From Candidatus Omnitrophota bacterium (GTDB taxonomy: Bacteria > Omnitrophota > Gorgyraeia > Zapsychrales > JANLHA01): a stretch of DNA of 64,000 bases. The position numbers and the translations under genes are program-made. Location of the stretch: positions 8,764-72,763 of the forward strand of contig JAHFFT010000005.1 in assembly GCA_023247795.1 (NCBI GenBank), written 5' to 3'. A model generated the notes under the pieces. The model was not told the DNA's origin. It did no database searches and saw only the letters and a list, made by a program, of their open reading frames with translations. This document shows, one piece after another, positions 9,914-19,242 of this stretch. The stretch's first letter is position 1, and every line of letters begins with the position of its first letter.

Positions 9914-12900
9914 TTAGAAACGCGTCACGACCGATCCGGTAAAACTCGCGGTCTGATATTCGTTGCTGTCCCAATAATAATCAGCGACAATCTCCAGCAT
10001 CATGTCATTCAAGATCTTCTGCTTAAGCTGCAGCTGAAATTCATTGCCCCGAACAAACTCCCATGACTCTTGGCTTGCCGAGGTGCCGTTGCTGCCAAGC
10101 TGCCGACCGGAATTGAACAATTCCAACGTTCTTACCCAGGAATATTGATAGGCCAGCTCCAATTCTGTCGTATCGCCAAGTGATCGCCGGGTTCCCAACT
10201 GCAAGGAGTGTTCATATTGGTGATCAAAAGAATAGTACTCAACGACATCTTTCTTAAAATCGCGATAGCCCAATTGATATTTGATATCTAACCAGTCTTG
10301 CAAATAGGGCACATCTGTTTTAACCCATGCCGCGACACGATCTTCCTGATTGTCGACCTTGTCATGATATTGATGGACGCTGTTACTCAAACCCCAGGAC
10401 TGACTGGGTTTTATGCGATGTTCATAGACGACGGAATAATTGTCACGCTCAATCAATCCAGAATTGGTTCGGCCAAAATCCTTGGCCACAAATTCGTCGA
10501 GATACAAAGAGACAAGAAAAAAATGTTGGTCTTTCACAAATTTCAAAGAGACCTTGGGATCGATCCTCTGCTCCTCAACAAATGAAAAAATGGAATTGTT
10601 CGTCACATTTTCATAATCATTGACGCCGGCTCCCGCGGCCAGCGTGACAACTTCATTAGGAAAATATTGGAGCTCAAGTTCTCCTTTTTGAACATCCACG
10701 TCATAATTCTTGGTCTTTTGAATACGGTTTTCTTCCCTTTGCAGTCCCGAACTGACCCCACCGACCAAACGGGTCTTTTTTACTATCGGTGTCACAAACC
10801 GCAATCCCTGTTCCAGACTTGAAAGCTGTGTTTCGACCTTTTTGAGATCTTGGTTCACCTCCCGCTCCCTGCCATACGTCACGTAAGAAGTGGCGGTTGT
10901 ATGCGTCACGGGCTTCAAGTCATCCAAATATTTTTTAGCGACGATGTTTTGAGAATCGCGATCTTTGACCTTAGTGAACAACTTCTCCGCTTCCTTTAAT
11001 TTTCCCTCTTTAACTTTCATTTGCGCAAGCTGATTAACAGCGTCCAATTGATGGCTGTCTTTGTCGATCACCGCTCTGAAATTTTCTTCCGCCGCTGGGT
11101 ATTGTCCTTTCTGGGCTTCGGCCTGGGCCAAGGCCAACAAAACATCCTGTTTGACACCCGGCTTTTCTTTAACCATGCTCAATTCACTGATCGCTTCATC
11201 ATAATTTTTTTCCCAAAGCTGAAGATTTCCTAAAATCGTGCGCGCCTCAAGATTATCAGGATTGAGCACCAGGCCCTGCTTGATCGTATCAATGGCTTTC
11301 TGATGCTGGCCGGTCCAGGTATAAAGACGGCCCAGTTGGAATTGATATTCTCCGTTGCCCGGGACCTTTTGCGCCAGCTCTTCCAATAGGCCGATCGCCT
11401 CTGCAAACCGCTTCTCCTTTTCCAATTGATTGACTCGGCGCTCCGTAAGCCGATTCAAAATATCATCCTGCTGTTCGACTTTATCGATCTGCGCTTTCAT
11501 GGCTCTCCTTTTGGGGTCCAGATAATCCTTCAGCTCATCAAGAAAATCTTTGGCAATTTTATTCTCGGCATCGAGTTCGATCATTTTGTTAAATTTTTGT
11601 TCCGCGTCTTTGTAATCTTTATCGGCAAGGGCGATCTGACCAAGATAACGGAGGGCTTCGATATTCACCGGATCCAATTCATAAGCGACCGAAAAATAGT
11701 GCTTAGCCAAATCATCGCGCTGTTCGTTCTGCGCGATCTTTCCTAGTCCGACATAAATCTCGGCGTTGTCTGGGAACTTTTTACGCAAATCGCTAAAGGC
11801 TTGCTTGGCCCTTTGAAAATCCTTTTGCCAAAGTCGTAAATTGGCCAGCATCACTTTGGCATCAAAATGATCGGGATTGATCAAAAGGATTTTTTGAATA
11901 TACCCCGCGGCCTCATCCCACTCTTCTAAACTCGCGTATAATCTTCCTAACTGAAAAAGGTAATCGGTGTTTTGCGAATCCATTTTATGCAGCTCCTGAC
12001 ACAATTCTACGGCTTTTTGATAGGCACCCTTTTTCTCCAGCTCCAATACCTGTTTGAATTTAAAAGCATCCTCTCCACGGATTTGCGTTTCAACCTGATC
12101 TAGGGCACTTTTCAAATCACCCTCACGGCGATCCCGTAGCTGATTCGCCCGGATGGTCGCTTGGTAATGCGCAATTTCTTCGAGAAACTGCCGGGCCGTA
12201 TCATTAGTAGAATCCACACCTACGACCTTTCTAAATATTTTTTCCGATTCTGGATAGCGTTCTTGAATGAAATACAATCGACCCAACTGCGTCAAGGCAT
12301 CCATGTTCTTTGCATCCGAATTCAAAACATTGTTAAAATTTTCTTCGGCCAAAACATACTGTTTGGTTGACAAGTATAAATTCCCCAGCGCCAGATAAGC
12401 TGAGGGATTTTTCTGATCATACTTGAAAACACCTTCAATGAACCCTTTTGCCTCTTCAAAACGATCCTGCCAAATCAAAACACTGCCCAGCAGGATTCGC
12501 GCATCGGTATGCTGAGTGTTTTCAGTTAACACCTTGGCTAGATACTCTTCGGCCTTTTGGTATTCTTCGGTCCAAGCGTACAAACGCCCCAGCTGGAAGT
12601 TATATTCGGTATCATACTCCACGGAAAGACCTAACTCTCGTGACATTTCCATGGCCTCGCGCAACGTCGCCAATGTGTCTATCAAGCTTTGAACATTTTC
12701 CTTTTGCGCCGCACCTTTCTGCGAAATCTTTTGACTGGTCGCGCGATAAACCCGCACATTCAAAAGCTGTCTTTTAATCATGAGATTACCCGTATCTTGT
12801 TCTAAAATCTTAAGAAAAATCGCTTCGGACTCATCCAGCCTCTCCTCAATAAAAAGCAACTGAGCCAGGCGTTTCGCAGCATCAAGGTTATTCGGTTCCA

Positions 12901-15268
12901 TGGCTAAAATTTTGCGAAACAGTTCCTCGGCCTGGTCTTTTTCTTTGAGGTTCCAATGAGCCATGCCCAATTGCAATAACACCTCGGTGTCGTTTGGCCG
13001 TTCTAAGACAACCTGTTCATATTCCGCCTTTGCCTTTTCAAATTCTTGCTGCCAAAAATAAATGTTCCCGAGTAAGCGGCGCGCGTCAGTATAAGCCGGT
13101 GCTAAGCTGATACATTTGCTGGCAAATTGTTCTGCCTCATTCAAATTCTCAAGCCGCAGATAATTCTGCGATAAAAAAAATAAATAATCGGCATTCTGCG
13201 GAAACCGTTCGTAAAGAGCGGTGTATAAACCAATGGATTTCTGATATGCCTGCTCTTCTTCAAAACTTTTTGCCTGCTCTTCGATCTTACCGACAATGTC
13301 CCTGGTGTAAACCTGATCCTTCTCTTCGAAGACCGGAAGTTTCAACCCTTCTGGCTGCTTTTGAGCATCATCGGCGCGCAAGACCTTTTGATATTGCGCG
13401 ACAAAATCAAGATAAGCTTTAATCTCGTTATGAGAAGAGTCCAAAACCAAGATTTGCTTAAAGTGATTTTCACATTTAGCAAATTCCTGCAACTGCCAAG
13501 CAATCCTGCCAAGGATAATATGCAAATTGATGTTTTGCGGGGCGCGCCCACTCTCCTCTTCCAATAGACCCTGCGCCCGCTGATATTCTCCCTTTTCCCA
13601 ATAGACAAACCCGAGGATGTCCAGGGCTTCCGTATTATCCGGAGATATCTTCAGATATTGATTGAGGTATTCCTGCGCCAAATCAAATTTTTGCGAGAAA
13701 TAATACAATTGCCCCAGTTGAAAAAGATAGTCCGAACTCTCAGGAAAAGCTTCATGAAGGGCTTGATAGAGAACAATGGCGCTCTCGTAATCATGCGCTT
13801 CCTTTAATCTCAACGCCTGACACAAGATATCCGGTAGCATCAGAATCGTCATTTGCTTGGGAGCCACAACACCCACGTTGGTGGAAACTCTAGCCGCCAC
13901 TTTATTTTCTTCGTCTTCCTTTTGTAGCTTATAGCGAATGTTTCCCAACTGATTGGCTAAATCAAAATCCCGCGGGTTGACGTCCAGGGCCTTTTTAAAA
14001 TGAAACTCCGCACCCCGCAAATCATTTTTTTGAACCATCAGTTGACCGAGCATCCGATTGGTTTGTTCGTCTTCTGGACTCAATTCCACGAACTTCTTCA
14101 AAAATGCTTCCGCTTTTTCCCACTGTTTCGTCCAAAAATACAGTTCACCCAACGCAAAATGATAGTCGCCCTCATCCGGGAAACGCTGATTCAATTTTTC
14201 ATAAACCTTAATGGCCTTTTCAAAATCCTTTTGCTTTTTATTGGTTAAGGCAAAATTGAGGAATTCAGAAACATTTTCCGATGTGACTTCCTGATTCCAA
14301 TCAAAATTCTTATCGGCCTTGCCCATCTGAAATTGCACAATCCCTAAAAATTTTTGACTTTCATAATTGTTGGGGTCGACCCGCAAACTTTTTTGCAAAA
14401 ACTTTTCCGCCTGGTTGTTTTCGCCCTTCGCGAAATATATTTGCGCCAACATCCGGTAAACTTCCGCGTTCTCACCCACGGCTTCAAGATAACTTTTAAA
14501 ATATCTCTCTGCCCCTACCTGGTCGTTATTCCAAAACGTTTCTTCGGCTAAGTCAAAAAACAGCTGCCCCTCTTTGGGAATCAGTTGATGTAGAAATTCA
14601 AAATATTGCGCGGCCCGCGGATGATCCTTACGTTCCTTGCATAGAAGTGCTGCTTGCATAAGATCGGCAACTTCAAGGGCCTGCGGATTTTTCTTCATGA
14701 CAACCGTTCCGACCGGCCATTTCAATTGATAACGGATCCTTCCCAATTCTTCCGCCAGATCAAAATTCCCGGTCTCCAAACTTAGGACTTTTGTTATGAC
14801 AGCCTCAGCCTTTTCCCAATCATTCAATTTTTGATAGACCTTGGCTACTGCTTTCAAAGCTCCGATATGATGAGGCTGTTTCTTAATGATCTTTTCAAAT
14901 TCTGCTTTCGCTTCCGCGAACTTTCCCTGCCAAAACTTAATCTCTCCCAGCATAAGACGGCTATCCAGATAGTCAGGATCCAATTCTAAACATTTGTTCA
15001 AATGCGTTTCTGCCAGTTCGTATTCCTTCTGCCAGGCGTACAGCCGGCCAAGATGAAAATAAAATTCCGCGTTGTTTGGCTCAAGGCCGATAAGTTCTTT
15101 AAGTAATTTAACCGCCTCTTGATAATTTCTTTGCGATTCAAACTCCAATGCCTTCTGATAACTGACCGTGACGTAATCCAATTTCTGCGCCCAGGAAAGG
15201 GCCGGCCCCAAACTGAACTGGAACAAAAATAGAAGAAGAAATTTACTAATGGTTTTTTTTGAGATCAT
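9914..15268 (-). CDS. Secreted TPR-repeat protein with a C-terminal outer-membrane beta-barrel (PgaA/BcsC/PelB-like exopolysaccharide export porin)
   Basis: The 1784-aa protein has a signal peptide MISKKTISKFLLLFLFQFSLGPALSWAQ. There is more than 1300 aa of TPR repeats (LG.IYF.QG.Y..A...F...L). The last ~350 aa alternate hydrophobic and polar residues in a beta-strand pattern and end in a terminal Phe (VVTRF). Confidence 0.6.
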   Translation of the reverse strand: MISKKTISKFLLLFLFQFSLGPALSWAQKLDYVTVSYQKALEFESQRNYQEAVKLLKELIGLEPNNAEFYFHLGRLYAWQKEYELAETHLNKCLELDPDYLDSRLMLGEIKFWQGKFAEAKAEFEKIIKKQPHHIGALKAVAKVYQKLNDWEKAEAVITKVLSLETGNFDLAEELGRIRYQLKWPVGTVVMKKNPQALEVADLMQAALLCKERKDHPRAAQYFEFLHQLIPKEGQLFFDLAEETFWNNDQVGAERYFKSYLEAVGENAEVYRMLAQIYFAKGENNQAEKFLQKSLRVDPNNYESQKFLGIVQFQMGKADKNFDWNQEVTSENVSEFLNFALTNKKQKDFEKAIKVYEKLNQRFPDEGDYHFALGELYFWTKQWEKAEAFLKKFVELSPEDEQTNRMLGQLMVQKNDLRGAEFHFKKALDVNPRDFDLANQLGNIRYKLQKEDEENKVAARVSTNVGVVAPKQMTILMLPDILCQALRLKEAHDYESAIVLYQALHEAFPESSDYLFQLGQLYYFSQKFDLAQEYLNQYLKISPDNTEALDILGFVYWEKGEYQRAQGLLEEESGRAPQNINLHIILGRIAWQLQEFAKCENHFKQILVLDSSHNEIKAYLDFVAQYQKVLRADDAQKQPEGLKLPVFEEKDQVYTRDIVGKIEEQAKSFEEEQAYQKSIGLYTALYERFPQNADYLFFLSQNYLRLENLNEAEQFASKCISLAPAYTDARRLLGNIYFWQQEFEKAKAEYEQVVLERPNDTEVLLQLGMAHWNLKEKDQAEELFRKILAMEPNNLDAAKRLAQLLFIEERLDESEAIFLKILEQDTGNLMIKRQLLNVRVYRATSQKISQKGAAQKENVQSLIDTLATLREAMEMSRELGLSVEYDTEYNFQLGRLYAWTEEYQKAEEYLAKVLTENTQHTDARILLGSVLIWQDRFEEAKGFIEGVFKYDQKNPSAYLALGNLYLSTKQYVLAEENFNNVLNSDAKNMDALTQLGRLYFIQERYPESEKIFRKVVGVDSTNDTARQFLEEIAHYQATIRANQLRDRREGDLKSALDQVETQIRGEDAFKFKQVLELEKKGAYQKAVELCQELHKMDSQNTDYLFQLGRLYASLEEWDEAAGYIQKILLINPDHFDAKVMLANLRLWQKDFQRAKQAFSDLRKKFPDNAEIYVGLGKIAQNEQRDDLAKHYFSVAYELDPVNIEALRYLGQIALADKDYKDAEQKFNKMIELDAENKIAKDFLDELKDYLDPKRRAMKAQIDKVEQQDDILNRLTERRVNQLEKEKRFAEAIGLLEELAQKVPGNGEYQFQLGRLYTWTGQHQKAIDTIKQGLVLNPDNLEARTILGNLQLWEKNYDEAISELSMVKEKPGVKQDVLLALAQAEAQKGQYPAAEENFRAVIDKDSHQLDAVNQLAQMKVKEGKLKEAEKLFTKVKDRDSQNIVAKKYLDDLKPVTHTTATSYVTYGREREVNQDLKKVETQLSSLEQGLRFVTPIVKKTRLVGGVSSGLQREENRIQKTKNYDVDVQKGELELQYFPNEVVTLAAGAGVNDYENVTNNSIFSFVEEQRIDPKVSLKFVKDQHFFLVSLYLDEFVAKDFGRTNSGLIERDNYSVVYEHRIKPSQSWGLSNSVHQYHDKVDNQEDRVAAWVKTDVPYLQDWLDIKYQLGYRDFKKDVVEYYSFDHQYEHSLQLGTRRSLGDTTELELAYQYSWVRTLELFNSGRQLGSNGTSASQESWEFVRGNEFQLQLKQKILNDMMLEIVADYYWDSNEYQTASFTGSVVTRF

Positions 15269-15272
15269 GCGA

Positions 15273-16700
15273 TCATAAATCCTTATCCTTGAATCCCTCC
15301 CGTTTGATGCTCCCCCACGATCGATCTCCTCGAAAAAACTTCCAAAAGGCTTCCAACTTCCAAAACATCTGCAACTGATAATAAGTGATGCTCTCGATGA
15401 CTGCGCAAACCACCATCTTTAGAAAATCCCTAAAATACCGGTATCGTCGGAACGTCACCTCCTCAATGATGATGGCAAAAAACGACAGAGATAAGGTAAA
15501 ACCCAGTGTGAGCGCGAAGAAAAATAAAATGAACCCCATGTCAAGAACATGCAGATAATACCCCAAGGCAATCATGAAATAGGAAAACAGCTGGATCACG
15601 GGATGAAGCATTTCAAAAATGGCGTAAAAAGGAAATGAAACCATTCCAATGGCACCGTAACGGGGATTGAACAACATCCCCCGATAACGCCAGATCGTAT
15701 CAATCAACCCTCGGTGCCAGCGCTCACGTTGAGTTCGCCACCCAGACACATTGAACGGCACTTCAGTCCAGGCCGCAGGATCAGGAATGAATTGCACGTT
15801 GTATTCTTTTGACAATTTACGCATGTGATGATGAATGCGGACAATCAGTTCAATATCTTCTCCTACCGTATTCGTCAAATACCCGCCGCACTCAACGATC
15901 GCGTCTTTATTAAAAAGCCCATAGGCTCCAGAAATAATGACGGCTCCCCCCAAATAATTCCAACCCAATCGGCCAAAGAGAAAAGCCCGAAGGTATTCAA
16001 CAACTTGGATCGCCGGCAGGATTTGCCGCGGGAACCTGACCTTGATCATTTGTCCAAATTGGATTTTGCAGTCATTGGCCACCCCGATACAGACTCCCGC
16101 GGCCGTTCCCTTTTTGATTAAAACCGGCCGGATCATATGAAGCAACGCGTCCTTTTGCACAATGGTGTCAGCGTCGATGGTTAAAAAAAATGGGGTGCGG
16201 CAAATATTGATTCCGGCATTGAGCGAATCGGATTTACCGCCATTTTCTTTATCAACAACCAGCAAATTGGGAACATTTTTTGAGTGATAAACATTCTTTA
16301 CCTTCTGGGTTTCCAGCCTTTTTAAAACCGCGGGTTCGATATAAACCAAATCAAAAGCTTTTTTAAGGATCTCCAGCGTTCGATCGGTGGAACCGTCATT
16401 GATCACGATGATTTCAATCGCCCGATAATCAATGGTTAAAAGCGAACGGACATTTCCAACAATATGCACCTCTTCGTTATAAGCCGGAACTAGAATCGAA
16501 ATTGGGGGCAAATCGACTGAGGACAACAATTTATCAAAATCTTCCAATTCCAGCAGGCGAAACCGCTGATAGATGACGATGAGCGATAACGAATACAAGA
16601 TGAGATAAAAAAAATTGAGCAACGCAAAATAAAAAAGGCAACCTAAATTGATGGCGTAAATAAAATTAAGAAGCGACTCCGACACCTTTGATTTCTCCAT
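15273..16700 (-). CDS. Processive membrane GT2 polysaccharide synthase (PgaC/IcaA/NodC-like)
   Basis: The 475-aa protein has N- and C-terminal transmembrane segments. Its motifs are VINDGSTD, TIDADT, GEDIE and QRERW, which are the D, DxD, TED and QxxRW signatures of processive beta-glycosyltransferases. Confidence 0.65.
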   Translation of the reverse strand: MEKSKVSESLLNFIYAINLGCLFYFALLNFFYLILYSLSLIVIYQRFRLLELEDFDKLLSSVDLPPISILVPAYNEEVHIVGNVRSLLTIDYRAIEIIVINDGSTDRTLEILKKAFDLVYIEPAVLKRLETQKVKNVYHSKNVPNLLVVDKENGGKSDSLNAGINICRTPFFLTIDADTIVQKDALLHMIRPVLIKKGTAAGVCIGVANDCKIQFGQMIKVRFPRQILPAIQVVEYLRAFLFGRLGWNYLGGAVIISGAYGLFNKDAIVECGGYLTNTVGEDIELIVRIHHHMRKLSKEYNVQFIPDPAAWTEVPFNVSGWRTQRERWHRGLIDTIWRYRGMLFNPRYGAIGMVSFPFYAIFEMLHPVIQLFSYFMIALGYYLHVLDMGFILFFFALTLGFTLSLSFFAIIIEEVTFRRYRYFRDFLKMVVCAVIESITYYQLQMFWKLEAFWKFFRGDRSWGSIKREGFKDKDL

Positions 16701-17733
16701 GTTTGATCACATATTGAGCCATTTCGTAAGCAAACCGATCCCGCTGCGGATCCTGACTCTTTAGCACTGCCAATCCCTCATTTCCCAAATTGAGCAAAGC
16801 CGCCGCGGAGTGCATTCTCACCCACCAGCGAGAATCTTTAAGGCTTTGAGTTAAATCGAGGATAGCCTGTTCTGCCTTCAACTGCCCCAGGGCTTTTGCT
16901 GCCGCGGCCCGCACCTCCCAATATTTGTCCTTTAACAAATCCGTCAACATTTGCACCGAAGCGGGTTGGGAACAAAATCCAAGAACCTTGGCCACCGCGA
17001 TCCGTACCTCCATATCAGGAGAATATTTGTCGTGACCAATGTAATTCACAATCGCATCGTCTTCTTTAAAAGCCAAAAGCTGCATACAGACAATGCGTTT
17101 TTTATCATTCTTTTCAGTTAACAGCCGCTCCTTAATATTTGAAAAGACCCCTTCGCTGGCCTCCCTTAAAGCATCTTTGTATACATATTTTGCGAATCTC
17201 GCCTCCCCTGCCATGCTATCAATCAACTGATTTACCAACAATTTGCTTCCCAGTCTCACCGCGCATAAAATCGCTTCGTGCCTTACTAATGGGATCGTGT
17301 CTTTTAACAATCTGAGAATATGTGCCTCATCGCGCGGCTTGGTATCCAACAAAAAGACCCGTACCGCCAGAAGCCTTTCGGTAAACTTCACTTTATTCGT
17401 CAGCATCCTTGCCTGTGGCAAAAGGAAATCATCTAAGAGAATGCTTTCTATGACGGGCCAATAGGAGCCGGGCTGTTGTTTTTTCAATTCTTCCATGACC
17501 GGTAAAAGGCACGCCACCTTTATATATTTTTTCGGCAATTGCTTGAGGTTAAACTTCGCTTCCTTTCTTAAAACAATTTCCAACAACTTCTTGAGTTCCC
17601 TTTGCTGTTGCTTTCGCGTTCGTTTGATCAGAAACAACCGAAAACTGAAAAGAAAATACCCGCAACCAATCAAGACGAGGGATGCCCACTGCAAAAGCAG
17701 GGCCAAGGTCAGAAACTTGTATGGATTATGCAT
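16666..17733 (-). CDS. Membrane-anchored HEAT-repeat protein
   Basis: The 355-aa protein has an N-terminal transmembrane helix. The C-terminus carries PBS-lyase-type HEAT repeats (EVRIAVAKVLG, WEVRAAAAKALGQL, WWVRMHSAAALLNLG). It overlaps the downstream GT2 by 35 nt, which suggests translational coupling. Confidence 0.5.
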   Translation of the reverse strand: MHNPYKFLTLALLLQWASLVLIGCGYFLFSFRLFLIKRTRKQQQRELKKLLEIVLRKEAKFNLKQLPKKYIKVACLLPVMEELKKQQPGSYWPVIESILLDDFLLPQARMLTNKVKFTERLLAVRVFLLDTKPRDEAHILRLLKDTIPLVRHEAILCAVRLGSKLLVNQLIDSMAGEARFAKYVYKDALREASEGVFSNIKERLLTEKNDKKRIVCMQLLAFKEDDAIVNYIGHDKYSPDMEVRIAVAKVLGFCSQPASVQMLTDLLKDKYWEVRAAAAKALGQLKAEQAILDLTQSLKDSRWWVRMHSAAALLNLGNEGLAVLKSQDPQRDRFAYEMAQYVIKHGEIKGVGVAS

Positions 17734-17742
17734 GCTCCCGAC

Positions 17743-19077
17743 TCAATTTCTTAAAATTGCTCGTTCAATAAAACTCGCGATCCTCAAGCTGTCATGTCGG
17801 ATGAGATCATATTCATGACCCACGTTTGACACATGAAGATTCGCTGCCGTCACCTTTTTGATTTGTTTCACGTCACCAAGAACAACCGGCCGCTGCCCCA
17901 TGGCCGAATACTTTTGCAGGGCTTCTCCCGAGGGCTGAGAATTGGAAAAAATGACATGATCCAAATGGTCGCCTTTCAAATATTTGATGATTTCGCTGAC
18001 ATGATCGTGGCCGTCAAAGTCAGGTGTTTCGCCAGGCTTTGTCATCAGATTGCAAATGTATAAAATTTTTCCCTTGGTAAAAGCAATGGCCTGACGGACA
18101 TATCTAACCAACAGATTGGTGATCACGCTGGTGTAAAGGTCTCCCGGACCGAGGATGACGACCTCCGCGCTTAAAATCGCGACAACCACATCCATATCGC
18201 AACTCGTGGGAGGGTTATGCCATAACCTTCTTATTCTCAAATTGAGATCACGTGATTTTCCTAGATCGATATTGCTTTCTCCTTTCACGATCTTTTTATT
18301 TTCAAATTGAGCGCAGAGCGTCGTCTGCGTAGTGGTGATCGGCAAAATGATCCCTTGAATATTCAAAATTTCACAAAGGCTTCTAACTCCGTCTCTTACT
18401 GATCCACTCATATCAGCCAAGGCCGTAAGGATAAGATTTCCAAAATTGTGTCCCTTCAGACCCCTTCCTTTCTCAAAACGGTATTTCATCAATTCATTCA
18501 AAATGTCCGGGGCGTTGGACAAAGCCACCAGACTGCGACGGATATCACCGGGCGGCAAAATTCCAAAAGAAGACATCAATCGACCCGAAGATCCCCCATC
18601 GTCGCTGGTGCTCACGATCGAGGTCAAATGAACGTCTTGCAGTGTTTTCAATCCCAGTAAAAGATTGAAAAGACCAGTCCCCCCGCCCAGACAGGCAATC
18701 CGCCGTTTCCGACGTAGATAGGCGTCAATCCTTGATAAAACTTCTCGTTCATGAAAAGGCCGTATGAGAAAATCAACAGCACCACTTTGAAAAATTTTAA
18801 GGATATGATTGAACGATTTATTGGAAGAGATAACAAGGAATTCATTCTCGGATTGGCCCAGCCAACGATATACAAGATCTTTTTCTTGCCTCCCTCCCTT
18901 GAATACATAATCATCATCGAAAATGATGGCGTTCGGACGATGATCTTTAATTTTTGTTTGCGTTTCTCGTAAATTTTGAACAACGACGATTGAAAGATTG
19001 TATTGCAATTTGGCAAGCAGTCCTAAAAAAATATGCACCGAATTTTTATCACCAATCACCATAACATGTTTGTTCAT
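17743..19077 (-). CDS. Fusion of a degenerate receiver-like domain to a YvcK/CofD-family (UPF0052, gluconeogenesis factor) domain
   Basis: The N-terminal ~125 aa is receiver-like (VMVIGD...AIIFDDDY...LVISSN...FLIRPF) with Lys replaced by Arg. It is followed by CLGGGTGLFNLLLGL and LPPGDIRRSLVAL, which are the YvcK signature. Confidence 0.5.
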   Translation of the reverse strand: MNKHVMVIGDKNSVHIFLGLLAKLQYNLSIVVVQNLRETQTKIKDHRPNAIIFDDDYVFKGGRQEKDLVYRWLGQSENEFLVISSNKSFNHILKIFQSGAVDFLIRPFHEREVLSRIDAYLRRKRRIACLGGGTGLFNLLLGLKTLQDVHLTSIVSTSDDGGSSGRLMSSFGILPPGDIRRSLVALSNAPDILNELMKYRFEKGRGLKGHNFGNLILTALADMSGSVRDGVRSLCEILNIQGIILPITTTQTTLCAQFENKKIVKGESNIDLGKSRDLNLRIRRLWHNPPTSCDMDVVVAILSAEVVILGPGDLYTSVITNLLVRYVRQAIAFTKGKILYICNLMTKPGETPDFDGHDHVSEIIKYLKGDHLDHVIFSNSQPSGEALQKYSAMGQRPVVLGDVKQIKKVTAANLHVSNVGHEYDLIRHDSLRIASFIERAILRN

Positions 19078-19242
19078 GGCCCCTCCGGCTAGATTTATAT
19101 CAATTTTAGTATTATAAGCTGACCTTTTTATTAAATTAAATCCTATTTCAACTTTTTAAGCGTAGACATGGCCCTTCAGACAAATACTTCCCATTTTTCT
19201 TAATCTTTGCTAGAATTCAATAATTCAAATTTCTAAGGACCC
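19078..19242. promoter_or_regulatory. AT-rich divergent intergenic region between the receiver-YvcK fusion gene (-) and recN (+). It presumably holds both promoters.
   Basis: The 165-bp AT-rich spacer separates divergently oriented start codons. No consensus LexA box was recognised. Confidence 0.3.

Noticed and set aside
10298-14551. Numerous plus-strand ORFs of 60-110 aa inside the 1784-aa TPR gene
   Set aside because: They are antisense artefacts of the repetitive TPR-coding region. None shows a conserved motif.
19078-19242. LexA/SOS box upstream of recN
   Set aside because: Neither a CTGT-N8-ACAG nor a GAAC-N4-GTTC type palindrome could be found by eye in the divergent promoter region. 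The regulatory mode of recN here is left open.
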